Of a DNA stretch of 64,000 bases, positions 10,064 through 19,667 are shown one piece after another. How positions within the stretch are numbered: the stretch's first letter is position 1; each line of letters starts with the position of its first letter. The translations under genes were made by a program, and so were the position numbers. Under the pieces are notes generated by a model. It worked only from the letters and a program-made list of their open reading frames with translations. It made no database searches and was not told where the DNA came from. The stretch comes from Shigella phage vB_SsoM_113: the sequence record LR746311; one strand, written 5' to 3'.

Positions 10064-10432
10064 ATGATTGAAATTACTCTTAAAAAACCTGAAGATTTTC
10101 TGAAAGTAAAAGAAACTTTGACTCGTATGGGAATTGCTAATAATAAAGATAAAGTTTTGTATCAGTCCTGCCACATTCTTCAGAAAAAAGGACTATACTA
10201 TATCGTCCATTTTAAAGAAATGCTTCGTATGGATGGTCGCCAGGTTGAAATGACAGAAGAAGATGAAGTTCGCCGTGATTCGATTGCGTGGCTGTTAGAA
10301 GATTGGGGACTGATTGAAATCGTTCCTGGTCAAAGAACTTTTATGAAAGATTTAACCAATAACTTCCGAGTTATTTCTTTTAAACAAAAACATGAATGGA
10401 AACTCGTTCCAAAATATACGATTGGTAATTAA
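10064..10432 (+). CDS. regA: translational repressor RegA
   Basis: 122-aa ORF between 62 and 43. Confidence 0.92.
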   Translation: MIEITLKKPEDFLKVKETLTRMGIANNKDKVLYQSCHILQKKGLYYIVHFKEMLRMDGRQVEMTEEDEVRRDSIAWLLEDWGLIEIVPGQRTFMKDLTNNFRVISFKQKHEWKLVPKYTIGN

Positions 10433-10434
10433 GC

Positions 10435-10452
10435 AAGGGGCTTCGGCCCCTT
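10435..10452 (+). terminator. UUCG-tetraloop hairpin (aaggggcttcggcccctt) after regA
   Basis: perfect GC stem, TTCG loop. Confidence 0.45.
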
Positions 10453-10510
10453 ATTTGGAGTATAATATATTAAGAGCCTAATAACTCGGGCTATAAACTA
10501 AGGAATATCT

Positions 10511-13207
10511 ATGAAAGAATTTTATATCTCTATCGAAACAGTCGGAAATAACATTGTTGAGCGCTATATTGATGAAAACGGAAAGGAACGTACTCGTGAA
10601 GTAGAATATCTTCCGACTATGTTTAGGCATTGTAAGGAAGAGTCAAAATACAAAGACATTTATGGTAAAAATTGTGCTCCTCAAAAATTTCCATCAATGA
10701 AAGATGCACGAGACTGGATGAAGCGGATGGAAGACATCGGTCTCGAAGCTCTCGGTATGAACGATTTTAAACTCGCTTATATCAGTGATACATATGGTTC
10801 AGAAATTGTTTATGACCGAAAATTTGTTCGTGTAGCTAACTGTGACATTGAGGTTACTGGTGATAAATTTCCTGACCCAATGAAAGCAGAATATGAAATT
10901 GATGCTATCACTCATTATGATTCAATTGATGATCGTTTTTACGTCTTTGATTTGTTGAATTCAATGTACGGTTCAGTATCAAAATGGGATGCAAAGTTAG
11001 CTGCTAAGCTTGACTGTGAAGGTGGTGATGAAGTTCCTCAAGAAATTCTTGACCGAGTAATTTATATGCCATTTGATAATGAGCGCGATATGCTCATGGA
11101 ATATATTAATCTCTGGGAACAGAAACGACCTGCTATTTTTACTGGTTGGAATATTGAGGGATTTGACGTTCCGTATATCATGAATCGTGTTAAAATGGTT
11201 CTCGGTGAACGTAGTATGAAACGCTTCTCTCCAATCGGTCGAGTAAAATCTAAACTAATTCAAAATATGTACGGTAGTAAAGAAATTTATTCTATTGATG
11301 GCGTATCTATTCTTGATTATTTAGATTTGTACAAGAAATTCGCATTTACTAATTTGCCATCGTTCTCTTTGGAATCAGTTGCTCAACATGAAACCAAAAA
11401 AGGTAAATTGCCGTACGATGGTCCTATTAATAAACTTCGTGAGACTAATCATCAACGATACATTAGTTATAACATCATTGACGTAGAATCAGTTCAAGCA
11501 ATTGATAAAATTCGTGGGTTTATCGATCTAGTTTTAAGTATGTCTTATTACGCTAAAATGCCTTTTTCTGGTGTAATGAGTCCTATTAAAACTTGGGATG
11601 CTATTATTTTTAACTCGCTGAAAGGTGAACATAAGGTTATTCCTCAACAAGGTTCGCACGTTAAACAGAGTTTTCCGGGTGCATTTGTATTTGAACCTAA
11701 ACCGATTGCTCGTCGATACATTATGAGTTTTGACTTGACGTCTCTATATCCTAGCATTATTCGTCAGGTTAACATTAGTCCTGAGACTATTCGTGGGCAG
11801 TTTAAAGTTCATCCAATTCATGAATATATCGCAGGAACAGCTCCTAAGCCAAGTGATGAATATTCTTGCTCTCCGAATGGATGGATGTATGATAAGCACC
11901 AAGAAGGTATCATTCCAAAGGAAATCGCTAAAGTATTTTTCCAGCGTAAAGATTGGAAAAAGAAAATGTTCGCGGAAGAAATGAATGCCGAAGCTATTAA
12001 AAAGATTATTATGAAAGGCGCAGGGTCTTGCTCAACTAAACCAGAAGTTGAACGATATGTTAAGTTCAGTGATGATTTCTTAAACGAATTATCGAATTAC
12101 ACCGAATCTGTTCTTAATAGTCTGATTGAAGAATGTGAAAAAGCTGCTACACTTGCTAACACAAATCAGCTGAACCGTAAAATTCTTATTAACAGTCTTT
12201 ATGGTGCTCTTGGTAATATTCATTTCCGTTACTATGATTTGCGAAATGCTACTGCTATCACAATTTTCGGTCAAGTCGGTATTCAGTGGATTGCTCGCAA
12301 AATTAATGAATATCTGAATAAAGTATGTGGAACTAATGGTGAAGATTTCATCGCAGCAGGTGATACTGATTCAGTATATGTTTGTGTAGATAAAGTTATT
12401 GAAAAAGTAGGTCTTGATCGCTTTAAAGAACAAAATGATTTAGTTGAATTCATGAATCAGTTTGGTAAGAAAAAGATGGAACCTATGATTGATGTTGCAT
12501 ATCGTGAGTTATGTGATTATATGAATAACCGCGAGCATCTGATGCATATGGACCGTGAAGCTATTTCTTGCCCTCCGCTTGGTTCAAAGGGTGTTGGTGG
12601 ATTTTGGAAAGCGAAAAAACGTTATGCTCTGAACGTTTATGATATGGAAGATAAGCGATTTGCCGAACCGCATCTAAAAATCATGGGTATGGAAACTCAA
12701 CAAAGTTCAACACCAAAAGCAGTACAAGAAGCTCTCGAAGAAAGTATTCGTCGTATTCTTCAGGAAGGTGAAGAGTCTGTTCAAGAATACTACAAGAACT
12801 TTGAGAAAGAATATCGTCAACTTGATTATAAAGTTATTGCTGAAGTAAAAACTGCGAATGATATAGCGAAATATGACGATAAAGGTTGGCCAGGATTTAA
12901 ATGCCCGTTCCATATTCGTGGCGTACTAACTTATCGTCGAGCTGTTAACGGTTTAGGCGTAGCTCCAATTTTGGATGGAAATAAGGTAATGGTTCTTCCA
13001 TTACGTGAAGGAAATCCATTTGGTGATAAGTGCATTGCTTGGCCATCGGGCACAGAACTTCCAAAAGAAATTCGTTCTGACGTACTGTCTTGGATTGACT
13101 ACTCAACTTTGTTCCAAAAATCGTTTGTTAAACCACTTGCTGGTATGTGTGAATCGGCAGGTATGGACTATGAGGAAAAAGCTTCGTTAGACTTCCTGTT
13201 TGGCTGA
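10511..13207 (+). CDS. 43: DNA polymerase gp43 (family B)
   Basis: 898 aa; exo motifs and polymerase motifs YGDTDS, DxxSLYPS. Confidence 0.97.
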   Translation: MKEFYISIETVGNNIVERYIDENGKERTREVEYLPTMFRHCKEESKYKDIYGKNCAPQKFPSMKDARDWMKRMEDIGLEALGMNDFKLAYISDTYGSEIVYDRKFVRVANCDIEVTGDKFPDPMKAEYEIDAITHYDSIDDRFYVFDLLNSMYGSVSKWDAKLAAKLDCEGGDEVPQEILDRVIYMPFDNERDMLMEYINLWEQKRPAIFTGWNIEGFDVPYIMNRVKMVLGERSMKRFSPIGRVKSKLIQNMYGSKEIYSIDGVSILDYLDLYKKFAFTNLPSFSLESVAQHETKKGKLPYDGPINKLRETNHQRYISYNIIDVESVQAIDKIRGFIDLVLSMSYYAKMPFSGVMSPIKTWDAIIFNSLKGEHKVIPQQGSHVKQSFPGAFVFEPKPIARRYIMSFDLTSLYPSIIRQVNISPETIRGQFKVHPIHEYIAGTAPKPSDEYSCSPNGWMYDKHQEGIIPKEIAKVFFQRKDWKKKMFAEEMNAEAIKKIIMKGAGSCSTKPEVERYVKFSDDFLNELSNYTESVLNSLIEECEKAATLANTNQLNRKILINSLYGALGNIHFRYYDLRNATAITIFGQVGIQWIARKINEYLNKVCGTNGEDFIAAGDTDSVYVCVDKVIEKVGLDRFKEQNDLVEFMNQFGKKKMEPMIDVAYRELCDYMNNREHLMHMDREAISCPPLGSKGVGGFWKAKKRYALNVYDMEDKRFAEPHLKIMGMETQQSSTPKAVQEALEESIRRILQEGEESVQEYYKNFEKEYRQLDYKVIAEVKTANDIAKYDDKGWPGFKCPFHIRGVLTYRRAVNGLGVAPILDGNKVMVLPLREGNPFGDKCIAWPSGTELPKEIRSDVLSWIDYSTLFQKSFVKPLAGMCESAGMDYEEKASLDFLFG

Positions 13208-13220
13208 TAGAATAAATCTA

Positions 13221-13241
13221 GGGACCTCCGGGTCCCTTTTT
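13221..13241 (+). terminator. rho-independent terminator after gene 43
   Basis: gggacc-tccg-ggtccc hairpin followed by TTTTT. Confidence 0.6.
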
Positions 13242-13323
13242 CATACAAGTAATATAAATCTATACTTAAGAAAAATAGATGATTCTAGGTCCTGTAAATT
13301 CATTAAAAATTTTTCACAAAACT

Positions 13324-13353
13324 GTTTACAAGACTGTTCCTCTGTGGTACTAT
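13324..13353 (+). promoter_or_regulatory. T4-type early promoter
   Basis: GTTTAC -35 at 13324, A-rich upstream, -10 region ggTACTATacaact. Confidence 0.55.
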
Positions 13354-13387
13354 ACAACTATCAACCAATACAAATTTGGAGAATGAA

Positions 13388-13768
13388 ATGAAAATTGCTA
13401 TTTTGGTTATTGCATTAGGTCTTACTGGTTGTGTAGCTCAAGGACCGGTAGTAAATCAGTCTGATGCAGGAAAAATTGTAAACTGTTCAAGCAAATTTTA
13501 TAATCCTAACGTCAAGTGTTATAAAGAGGCTCCAAAACAGACAGTAGAACAAATGCAGGCGAATTTTGACGAAGCTATTCGTCCAGACGAATCTGCTCAA
13601 GCATATCGTAATTCGGATGTAATTACACGCGAAGAAAAAATTGAAAACTACTGCGCCGAACTTTGGGCTAATTGGGCTAATAATTACCAATGGCGTACTG
13701 GTAAAAACGCTCCGATGGAGTATGTAGTGAATTCTTATAATTCATGCGTAAAAAATTTGACTAAGTGA
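13388..13768 (+). CDS. putative lipoprotein (126 aa)
   Basis: signal peptide with lipobox LTGC; GGAG RBS; lies between 43 and imm. Confidence 0.6.
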   Translation: MKIAILVIALGLTGCVAQGPVVNQSDAGKIVNCSSKFYNPNVKCYKEAPKQTVEQMQANFDEAIRPDESAQAYRNSDVITREEKIENYCAELWANWANNYQWRTGKNAPMEYVVNSYNSCVKNLTK

Positions 13769-13775
13769 GGAAAAG

Positions 13776-14027
13776 ATGGAAACTTTAGTAGCAGGTTCAA
13801 TTTTTATGGTTTTAGTTTCAGGCGTGTTGGCTATTATTATATACATGCTTCCGTGGTTCATCGCCTTGATGCGTGGGTCAAAATCGACAGTAGGAATCTT
13901 TTTCACGTCTTTACTGTTTAATTGGTCAATTATTGGTTGGTTTATTACATTTATTTGGTCAATTGCGGGTGAAACTAAAAAATCCGCACAACCAAATCAA
14001 GTAATTATCATCAGAGAGAAGGAATGA
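13776..14027 (+). CDS. imm: superinfection immunity protein Imm
   Basis: 83-aa two-TM protein at T4 imm position; GAGGAAA RBS. Confidence 0.85.
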   Translation: METLVAGSIFMVLVSGVLAIIIYMLPWFIALMRGSKSTVGIFFTSLLFNWSIIGWFITFIWSIAGETKKSAQPNQVIIIREKE

Positions 14028-14173
14028 AAAGCAAAATTTTAGCAGTATTGCTTTTAATCTTGATGATTATAATAAGTATATACTATAGCGTAACGGTTCC
14101 TTGTATGATTCCGACACTTATTATAGGTTGGGGTTTATTACTGTTACAAGTTAAATATGAATGCATCAATTGA
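14024..14173 (+). CDS. small hydrophobic protein (49 aa)
   Basis: ATGA-coupled to imm; not in track (under 60 aa). Confidence 0.4.
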   Translation: MKSKILAVLLLILMIIISIYYSVTVPCMIPTLIIGWGLLLLQVKYECIN

Positions 14174-14180
14174 GGTTTAA

Positions 14181-14921
14181 ATGATTAACGATTATATGAC
14201 AGTTGAAGAAATCCGTCTTGATTTGGGTCTTGCATTAAAGGAAAAAGATTTCGTAATTGATAAAACTGGTGTTAAAACTATTGAAATTATTGGTGCATCA
14301 TTTGTAGCAGATGAACCTTTTATTTTTGGCGCTCTTAATGATGAATACATTCAGCGTGAACTTGAATGGTATAAGTCTCAAAGTCTGTTTGTTAAAGATA
14401 TTCCAGGTGAAACACCGAAGATTTGGCAACAGGTAGCATCTTCTAAAGGCGAAATTAACTCAAATTATGGTTGGGCCATCTGGTCAGAAGATAACTATGC
14501 CCAGTATGATATGTGTTTAGCTGAACTTGGTCAAAATCCTGATTCTCGACGTGGTATCATGATTTATACTCGTCCATCTATGCAGTTTGACTACAATAAA
14601 GATGGTATGTCAGATTTCATGTGTACGAATACCGTACAGTATCTGATTCGTGACAAGAAAGTCAATGCAGTTGTTAATATGAGAAGCAATGACTGCTGGG
14701 CAGGCTATCGTAATGATTATGCATGGCAAAAATACGTACTAGATAAATTAGTATCTGATTTGAATGCAGGCGACCCATCGCGGCAATATAAAGCAGGTTC
14801 TATTATATGGAACGTTGGAAGTCTTCATGTGTACGAAAATCAGTTTTATTTAGTTGACCATTGGTGGAACACTGGTGAAACTCATATTGCTAAAAAGGAT
14901 TATACTGGAAAATGGAAGTAA
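14181..14921 (+). CDS. 42: dCMP hydroxymethylase gp42
   Basis: 246-aa product MINDYMTVEEIRLDLGLALKEKDF, recognised as T4 gp42. Confidence 0.95.
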   Translation: MINDYMTVEEIRLDLGLALKEKDFVIDKTGVKTIEIIGASFVADEPFIFGALNDEYIQRELEWYKSQSLFVKDIPGETPKIWQQVASSKGEINSNYGWAIWSEDNYAQYDMCLAELGQNPDSRRGIMIYTRPSMQFDYNKDGMSDFMCTNTVQYLIRDKKVNAVVNMRSNDCWAGYRNDYAWQKYVLDKLVSDLNAGDPSRQYKAGSIIWNVGSLHVYENQFYLVDHWWNTGETHIAKKDYTGKWK

Positions 14922-15553
14922 ATGTGCCACATGTTTATAAGTATAAACATCCTAAAACTAAAAAGTGGTATATAGGAAGTCATGATGGTCACAACCCAAA
15001 TTATGATGGTTCGGGTGTAGTTTGGCAACATGCTAAAAAGAAATATGGAATAAAATCCTTTAATAAAGAAATATTATATGAAGGACCAATGTTTAGACAG
15101 GTTGAAGAAATTATTTTAACTTGTTTAGATGCTGCTAATTGTCCGGATTCATATAATTTAAAGAATGAAGCATGGGGAGGAAGTTTTCCAGGCAAATTAA
15201 ATGGAATGTACGGTAAAAAACTATCTCCAGAAGAAAGATATAAGTGCGGAAATGCCTTTCGTGGAATCAAGCGTCCTGATCATTCTAAAAGAATGAAAGG
15301 CGAAGGTAATCCAATGTATGGTAAAAATGAGCAGGCATATGGAATTATAAATCGAGCAAAGGAAAATTCTGGTAAAACTTATGAAGAAATTTTTGGCGCA
15401 GAAAAAGCTAAAATAATTAAAGAAACGATGTCTAAAAATCGTAAAGGAAAACCTCATAATTTGATAGAAAAAATATGTCCGCATTGCGGACTAAAAGGAC
15501 GTGGGCCAAATATGACAAGATACCATTTTGACAAATGTAAGGCACTTAAATGA
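14912..15553 (+). CDS. GIY-YIG homing endonuclease-like protein with NUMOD-like repeats and C-terminal zinc finger
   Basis: VY-x10-YIGS motif; repeats MYGKKLSPEERYK / NPMYGKN; CPHCG...C at C-terminus. Confidence 0.7.
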   Translation: MEVNVPHVYKYKHPKTKKWYIGSHDGHNPNYDGSGVVWQHAKKKYGIKSFNKEILYEGPMFRQVEEIILTCLDAANCPDSYNLKNEAWGGSFPGKLNGMYGKKLSPEERYKCGNAFRGIKRPDHSKRMKGEGNPMYGKNEQAYGIINRAKENSGKTYEEIFGAEKAKIIKETMSKNRKGKPHNLIEKICPHCGLKGRGPNMTRYHFDKCKALK

Positions 15554-16392
15554 TTCAATTCGTAATTCCAAGCTATCAACGCGTAGGGGCAGTTTCTGCC
15601 CTTGATATGTTTCCATCTGATTATGAACCACATATTGTAGTACGTAAACATGAAGAAAAAGCTTATTATGATGCTTACGGGTCTAGAGCCAAAATTATAA
15701 CTATTCCTGATGATGTCAATGGAATTGCTGGTACTCGTAAAGCAATTACTGATATGTATGCAGGTCAACGAATTTGGATGATTGATGATGATACTACTAT
15801 TCGTATGAGTTCAATGCGAAAAAGAGATGATCGTCGCTGCGTAGATAAAATTAATCAGTTAACTCGTGAACAGTTCTATGAATTGATTCAATACGTCGAA
15901 GATGCCATGGATTGTGGGTATTATCACGGTCATGCTCGTCTACCTATTTTTAAAATTACTTCATCTTGGGGTAATTATCGTGAAAATTCATATGGATTCA
16001 CGAATACTTGGTATGACCTCGGGAAACTTACAACAGAACAAATTGGATATGGAAAAATTGATTTATGCGAAGATATGTATGCATTTCTCAATTTAATTAA
16101 TCAAGGTTATCCGCATTTGGCCTTGTTCAAATATCTGGTTGTATCTGGAAAAGCGCAAGCTCCAGGCGGATGTAGTTCAATTCGTAGTAATTCAAAACAT
16201 AATAGAGCTCTTGAGCAAATCAATAGAGAGTTTCCAGAGCAAGCTCGTTGGAAAACATCGAATATTGAAAAGAGAAAATCGTTGGGTGAAGAAGACGAGC
16301 CATTAAAGGTTCTTCGCATGTGTGTTTCGCGCAAAGAAAAATCAGAAGCGTTTCATAAGTTTAATGCTATTCATCCAATAGCAGTTGATTAA
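15550..16392 (+). CDS. GT-A fold glycosyltransferase (probable DNA glucosyl-HMC modifying enzyme)
   Basis: N-terminal FVIPSYQR and DDD (DxD) motifs typical of GT-A; sits where T4 has beta-gt. Confidence 0.7.
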   Translation: MIQFVIPSYQRVGAVSALDMFPSDYEPHIVVRKHEEKAYYDAYGSRAKIITIPDDVNGIAGTRKAITDMYAGQRIWMIDDDTTIRMSSMRKRDDRRCVDKINQLTREQFYELIQYVEDAMDCGYYHGHARLPIFKITSSWGNYRENSYGFTNTWYDLGKLTTEQIGYGKIDLCEDMYAFLNLINQGYPHLALFKYLVVSGKAQAPGGCSSIRSNSKHNRALEQINREFPEQARWKTSNIEKRKSLGEEDEPLKVLRMCVSRKEKSEAFHKFNAIHPIAVD

Positions 16393-16469
16393 TGCCTAAA
16401 TTTATTGTGTTATAATTACTTTATCTTTAACCAGTGAGGAAAATATAATGATGCCTATGGAAAAAATGA

Positions 16470-17651
16470 ATGTCTATTGCAGATTTAAAATCCCGTTTGA
16501 TTAAAGCTTCCACTTCTAAAATGACTGCTGAACTGACTACATCTAAATTCTTTAATGAAAAGGATGTAATCCGTACAAAAATCCCAATGCTTAATATCGC
16601 TATTTCTGGTGCAATTGATGGTGGTATGCAGTCTGGTTTAACCATTTTTGCAGGTCCTTCTAAACACTTTAAATCAAATATGTCTTTGACTATGGTTGCG
16701 GCGTATTTGAACAAATATCCTGACGCGGTATGTCTATTCTATGATAGCGAATTTGGTATTACTCCAGCTTATTTGCGATCCATGGGAGTTGACCCGGAAC
16801 GAGTAATTCATACACCAATTCAGTCAGTTGAACAGCTGAAAATTGATATGGTGAATCAGCTTGAAGCTATTGAGCGTGGTGAAAAAGTTATTGTATTCAT
16901 CGACTCAATTGGTAATATGGCTTCTAAGAAAGAAACGGAAGATGCCTTGAATGAAAAATCTGTGGCAGATATGACTCGTGCTAAATCACTGAAGTCATTA
17001 TTCCGTATTGTTACTCCTTATTTTAGTATTAAAAACATTCCGTGTGTTGCGGTTAACCATACAATTGAAACAATTGAAATGTTTAGTAAAACCGTGATGA
17101 CAGGTGGTACAGGCGTAATGTATTCGGCTGATACTGTGTTCATTATCGGTAAGCGCCAGATTAAAGATGGTTCTGATCTTCAGGGGTATCAATTTGTTCT
17201 AAATGTAGAAAAATCTCGTACCGTTAAAGAAAAAAGTAAATTCTTTATTGATGTTAAATTTGACGGTGGCATCGATCCTTATTCTGGATTGTTAGATATG
17301 GCTCTTGAATTAGGATTTGTGGTAAAACCTAAAAATGGCTGGTATGCTCGTGAATTTCTTGACGAAGAAACCGGTGAGATGATTCGCGAAGAAAAATCTT
17401 GGCGTGCAAAAGATACCAATTGCACTACATTCTGGGGTCCTTTATTTAAGCATCAGCCATTCCGAGATGCTATTAAACGCGCTTATCAGTTAGGTGCTAT
17501 TGATAGTAATGAAATTGTTGAAGCTGAAGTTGATGAATTGATTAACTCAAAGGTTGAAAAATTTAAATCTCCAGAAAGTAAAAGTAAATCAGCAGCTGAT
17601 TTAGAAACTGACCTAGATCAGTTAAGTGATATGGAAGAATTTAATGAATAA
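16470..17651 (+). CDS. uvsX: recombinase UvsX (RecA-like)
   Basis: 393-aa product, Walker A GPSKHFKS, recognised as T4 UvsX. Confidence 0.95.
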   Translation: MSIADLKSRLIKASTSKMTAELTTSKFFNEKDVIRTKIPMLNIAISGAIDGGMQSGLTIFAGPSKHFKSNMSLTMVAAYLNKYPDAVCLFYDSEFGITPAYLRSMGVDPERVIHTPIQSVEQLKIDMVNQLEAIERGEKVIVFIDSIGNMASKKETEDALNEKSVADMTRAKSLKSLFRIVTPYFSIKNIPCVAVNHTIETIEMFSKTVMTGGTGVMYSADTVFIIGKRQIKDGSDLQGYQFVLNVEKSRTVKEKSKFFIDVKFDGGIDPYSGLLDMALELGFVVKPKNGWYAREFLDEETGEMIREEKSWRAKDTNCTTFWGPLFKHQPFRDAIKRAYQLGAIDSNEIVEAEVDELINSKVEKFKSPESKSKSAADLETDLDQLSDMEEFNE

Positions 17652-17988
17652 AGATGATTTAGATTTAGATCTAGAAATTATTGATGAATCCCCCTCTTCG
17701 GAGGGGGAAGAAGAAAGAAAAGAACGTCTTTTTAATGAATCTCTTAAGATAATTAAATCTGCCATGGAAAATGTTATCCAGGAGATTGTCATTAAACTAG
17801 AAGATGGTTCTACACACATTGTGTATGTGACAAAATTAGATTGGGTTGATGGAAAAGTCGTAATGGACTTTGCTGTTCTTGACCAAGAAAGAAAAGCTGA
17901 GTTAGCTCCTCATGTAGAAAAATGTATTACAATGCAACTACAAGATGCATTTAATAAAAGGTCAAAGAAAAAATTTAAATTCTTTTAA
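17644..17988 (+). CDS. 40: gp40 head vertex assembly protein (start uncertain, alternative GTG 17626)
   Basis: ORF between uvsX and 41 as in T4; GGAAG RBS before ATG 17644. Confidence 0.65.
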   Translation: MNKDDLDLDLEIIDESPSSEGEEERKERLFNESLKIIKSAMENVIQEIVIKLEDGSTHIVYVTKLDWVDGKVVMDFAVLDQERKAELAPHVEKCITMQLQDAFNKRSKKKFKFF

Positions 17989-17997
17989 GGAGTAAGT

Positions 17998-19425
17998 GTG
18001 GTAGAAATTATTCTTTCCCATCTCATATTTGATCAAGCTTATTTTTCAAAAGTTTGGCCATATATGGATTCAGAATATTTTGAAAGTGGTCCAGCTAAAA
18101 ATACATTCAAATTAATTAAATCTCATGTTAATGAATACCATAGCGTTCCATCTATTAATGCGTTAAATGTTGCATTAGAAAATAGTTCATTTACTGAAAC
18201 AGAATATTCTGGTGTAAAAACACTTATTTCAAAACTGGCCGATTCGCCAGAAGACCACAACTGGTTAGTAAAAGAAACAGAAAAATATGTTCAGCAAAGG
18301 GCGATGTTTAATGCTACGTCTAAAATAATTGAAATTCAAACTAATGCTGAGCTTCCTCCAGAAAAACGAAATAAGAAAATGCCAGATGTAGGTGCTATTC
18401 CTGACATCATGCGCCAAGCATTATCAATTTCATTTGATAGTTACGTTGGTCATGATTGGATGGATGACTACGAAGCACGTTGGCTATCTTATATGAATAA
18501 AGCTCGTAAGGTTCCATTTAGACTCAAAATTCTAAATAAAATTACTAAAGGTGGAGCTGAAACTGGAACACTGAACGTTTTAATGGCTGGTGTTAACGTC
18601 GGTAAGTCATTAGGTCTGTGTTCATTGGCAGCAGATTATTTGCAGCTCGGACATAATGTTCTTTACATTTCCATGGAAATGGCAGAAGAAGTCTGTGCTA
18701 AGCGTATTGATGCTAATATGCTTGATGTTTCTCTTGATGACATTGATGATGGGCATATTTCTTACGCTGAGTATAAAGGAAAAATGGAAAAATGGCGTGA
18801 GAAATCTACTCTTGGACGTTTAATCGTTAAACAGTATCCTACTGGTGGAGCAGACGCTAATACATTCAGGTCTCTCTTGAATGAATTGAAGCTCAAGAAG
18901 AATTTTGTTCCAACAATCATTATTGTTGACTATCTGGGTATTTGTAAATCTTGCCGCATCAGAGTTTATTCAGAAAATAGTTACACAACTGTTAAAGCTA
19001 TCGCAGAGGAATTGCGTGCTCTGGCTGTTGAAACCGAAACTGTTCTTTGGACCGCAGCACAGGTTGGTAAACAAGCTTGGGACTCTTCTGATGTTAACAT
19101 GAGCGATATTGCAGAATCTGCCGGCCTTCCAGCAACAGCCGATTTTATGCTTGCGGTCATTGAAACCGAGGAGCTAGCAGCTGCTGAACAACAACTCATT
19201 AAGCAAATCAAATCACGATATGGTGATAAGAATAAATGGAATAAGTTTTTGATGGGTGTTCAAAAAGGAAATCAAAAATGGGTAGAAATTGAGCAAGATT
19301 CTACTCCAACCGAAGTGAACGAAGTAGCAGGTTCACAGCAGATTCAGGCTGAACAGAATCGCTATCAAAGAAACGAATCCGCTCGAGCTCAGTTAGATGC
19401 TTTGGCAAATGAATTAAAATTTTAG
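17998..19425 (+). CDS. 41: replicative DNA helicase gp41 (DnaB-like)
   Basis: 475 aa, GTG start after GGAG RBS, Walker A GVNVGKS. Confidence 0.95.
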   Translation: MVEIILSHLIFDQAYFSKVWPYMDSEYFESGPAKNTFKLIKSHVNEYHSVPSINALNVALENSSFTETEYSGVKTLISKLADSPEDHNWLVKETEKYVQQRAMFNATSKIIEIQTNAELPPEKRNKKMPDVGAIPDIMRQALSISFDSYVGHDWMDDYEARWLSYMNKARKVPFRLKILNKITKGGAETGTLNVLMAGVNVGKSLGLCSLAADYLQLGHNVLYISMEMAEEVCAKRIDANMLDVSLDDIDDGHISYAEYKGKMEKWREKSTLGRLIVKQYPTGGADANTFRSLLNELKLKKNFVPTIIIVDYLGICKSCRIRVYSENSYTTVKAIAEELRALAVETETVLWTAAQVGKQAWDSSDVNMSDIAESAGLPATADFMLAVIETEELAAAEQQLIKQIKSRYGDKNKWNKFLMGVQKGNQKWVEIEQDSTPTEVNEVAGSQQIQAEQNRYQRNESARAQLDALANELKF

Positions 19426-19454
19426 TTTACAAGCCGACAAGACTATGGTATAGT
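19425..19454 (+). promoter_or_regulatory. T4-type early promoter (dmd)
   Basis: GTTTAC 19425-19430, 18-nt spacer, TATAGT 19449-19454; spacer carries 9-bp inverted repeat. Confidence 0.55.
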
Positions 19455-19483
19455 AGTCTTGTTGGTTAAATGAGGAGATTGTT

Positions 19484-19666
19484 ATGGAATTGGTAAAGGT
19501 AGTTTTTATGGGGTGGTTTAAGAACGAAAGCATGTTTACTAAAGAGATCACAATGATGAAAGATGACGTTCAATGGGCTACTACTCAATATGCTGAAGTT
19601 AATAAAGCGCTAGTTAAAGCTTTCATTGATGACAAGAAGGTATGTGAAGTGGATTGCCGAGGATAA
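19484..19666 (+). CDS. dmd: Dmd antitoxin (inhibitor of RnlA/LsoA)
   Basis: 60-aa product MELVKVVFMGWFKNESMFTKEI directly after gene 41, recognised as T4 Dmd. Confidence 0.85.
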   Translation: MELVKVVFMGWFKNESMFTKEITMMKDDVQWATTQYAEVNKALVKAFIDDKKVCEVDCRG

Positions 19667-19667
19667 T

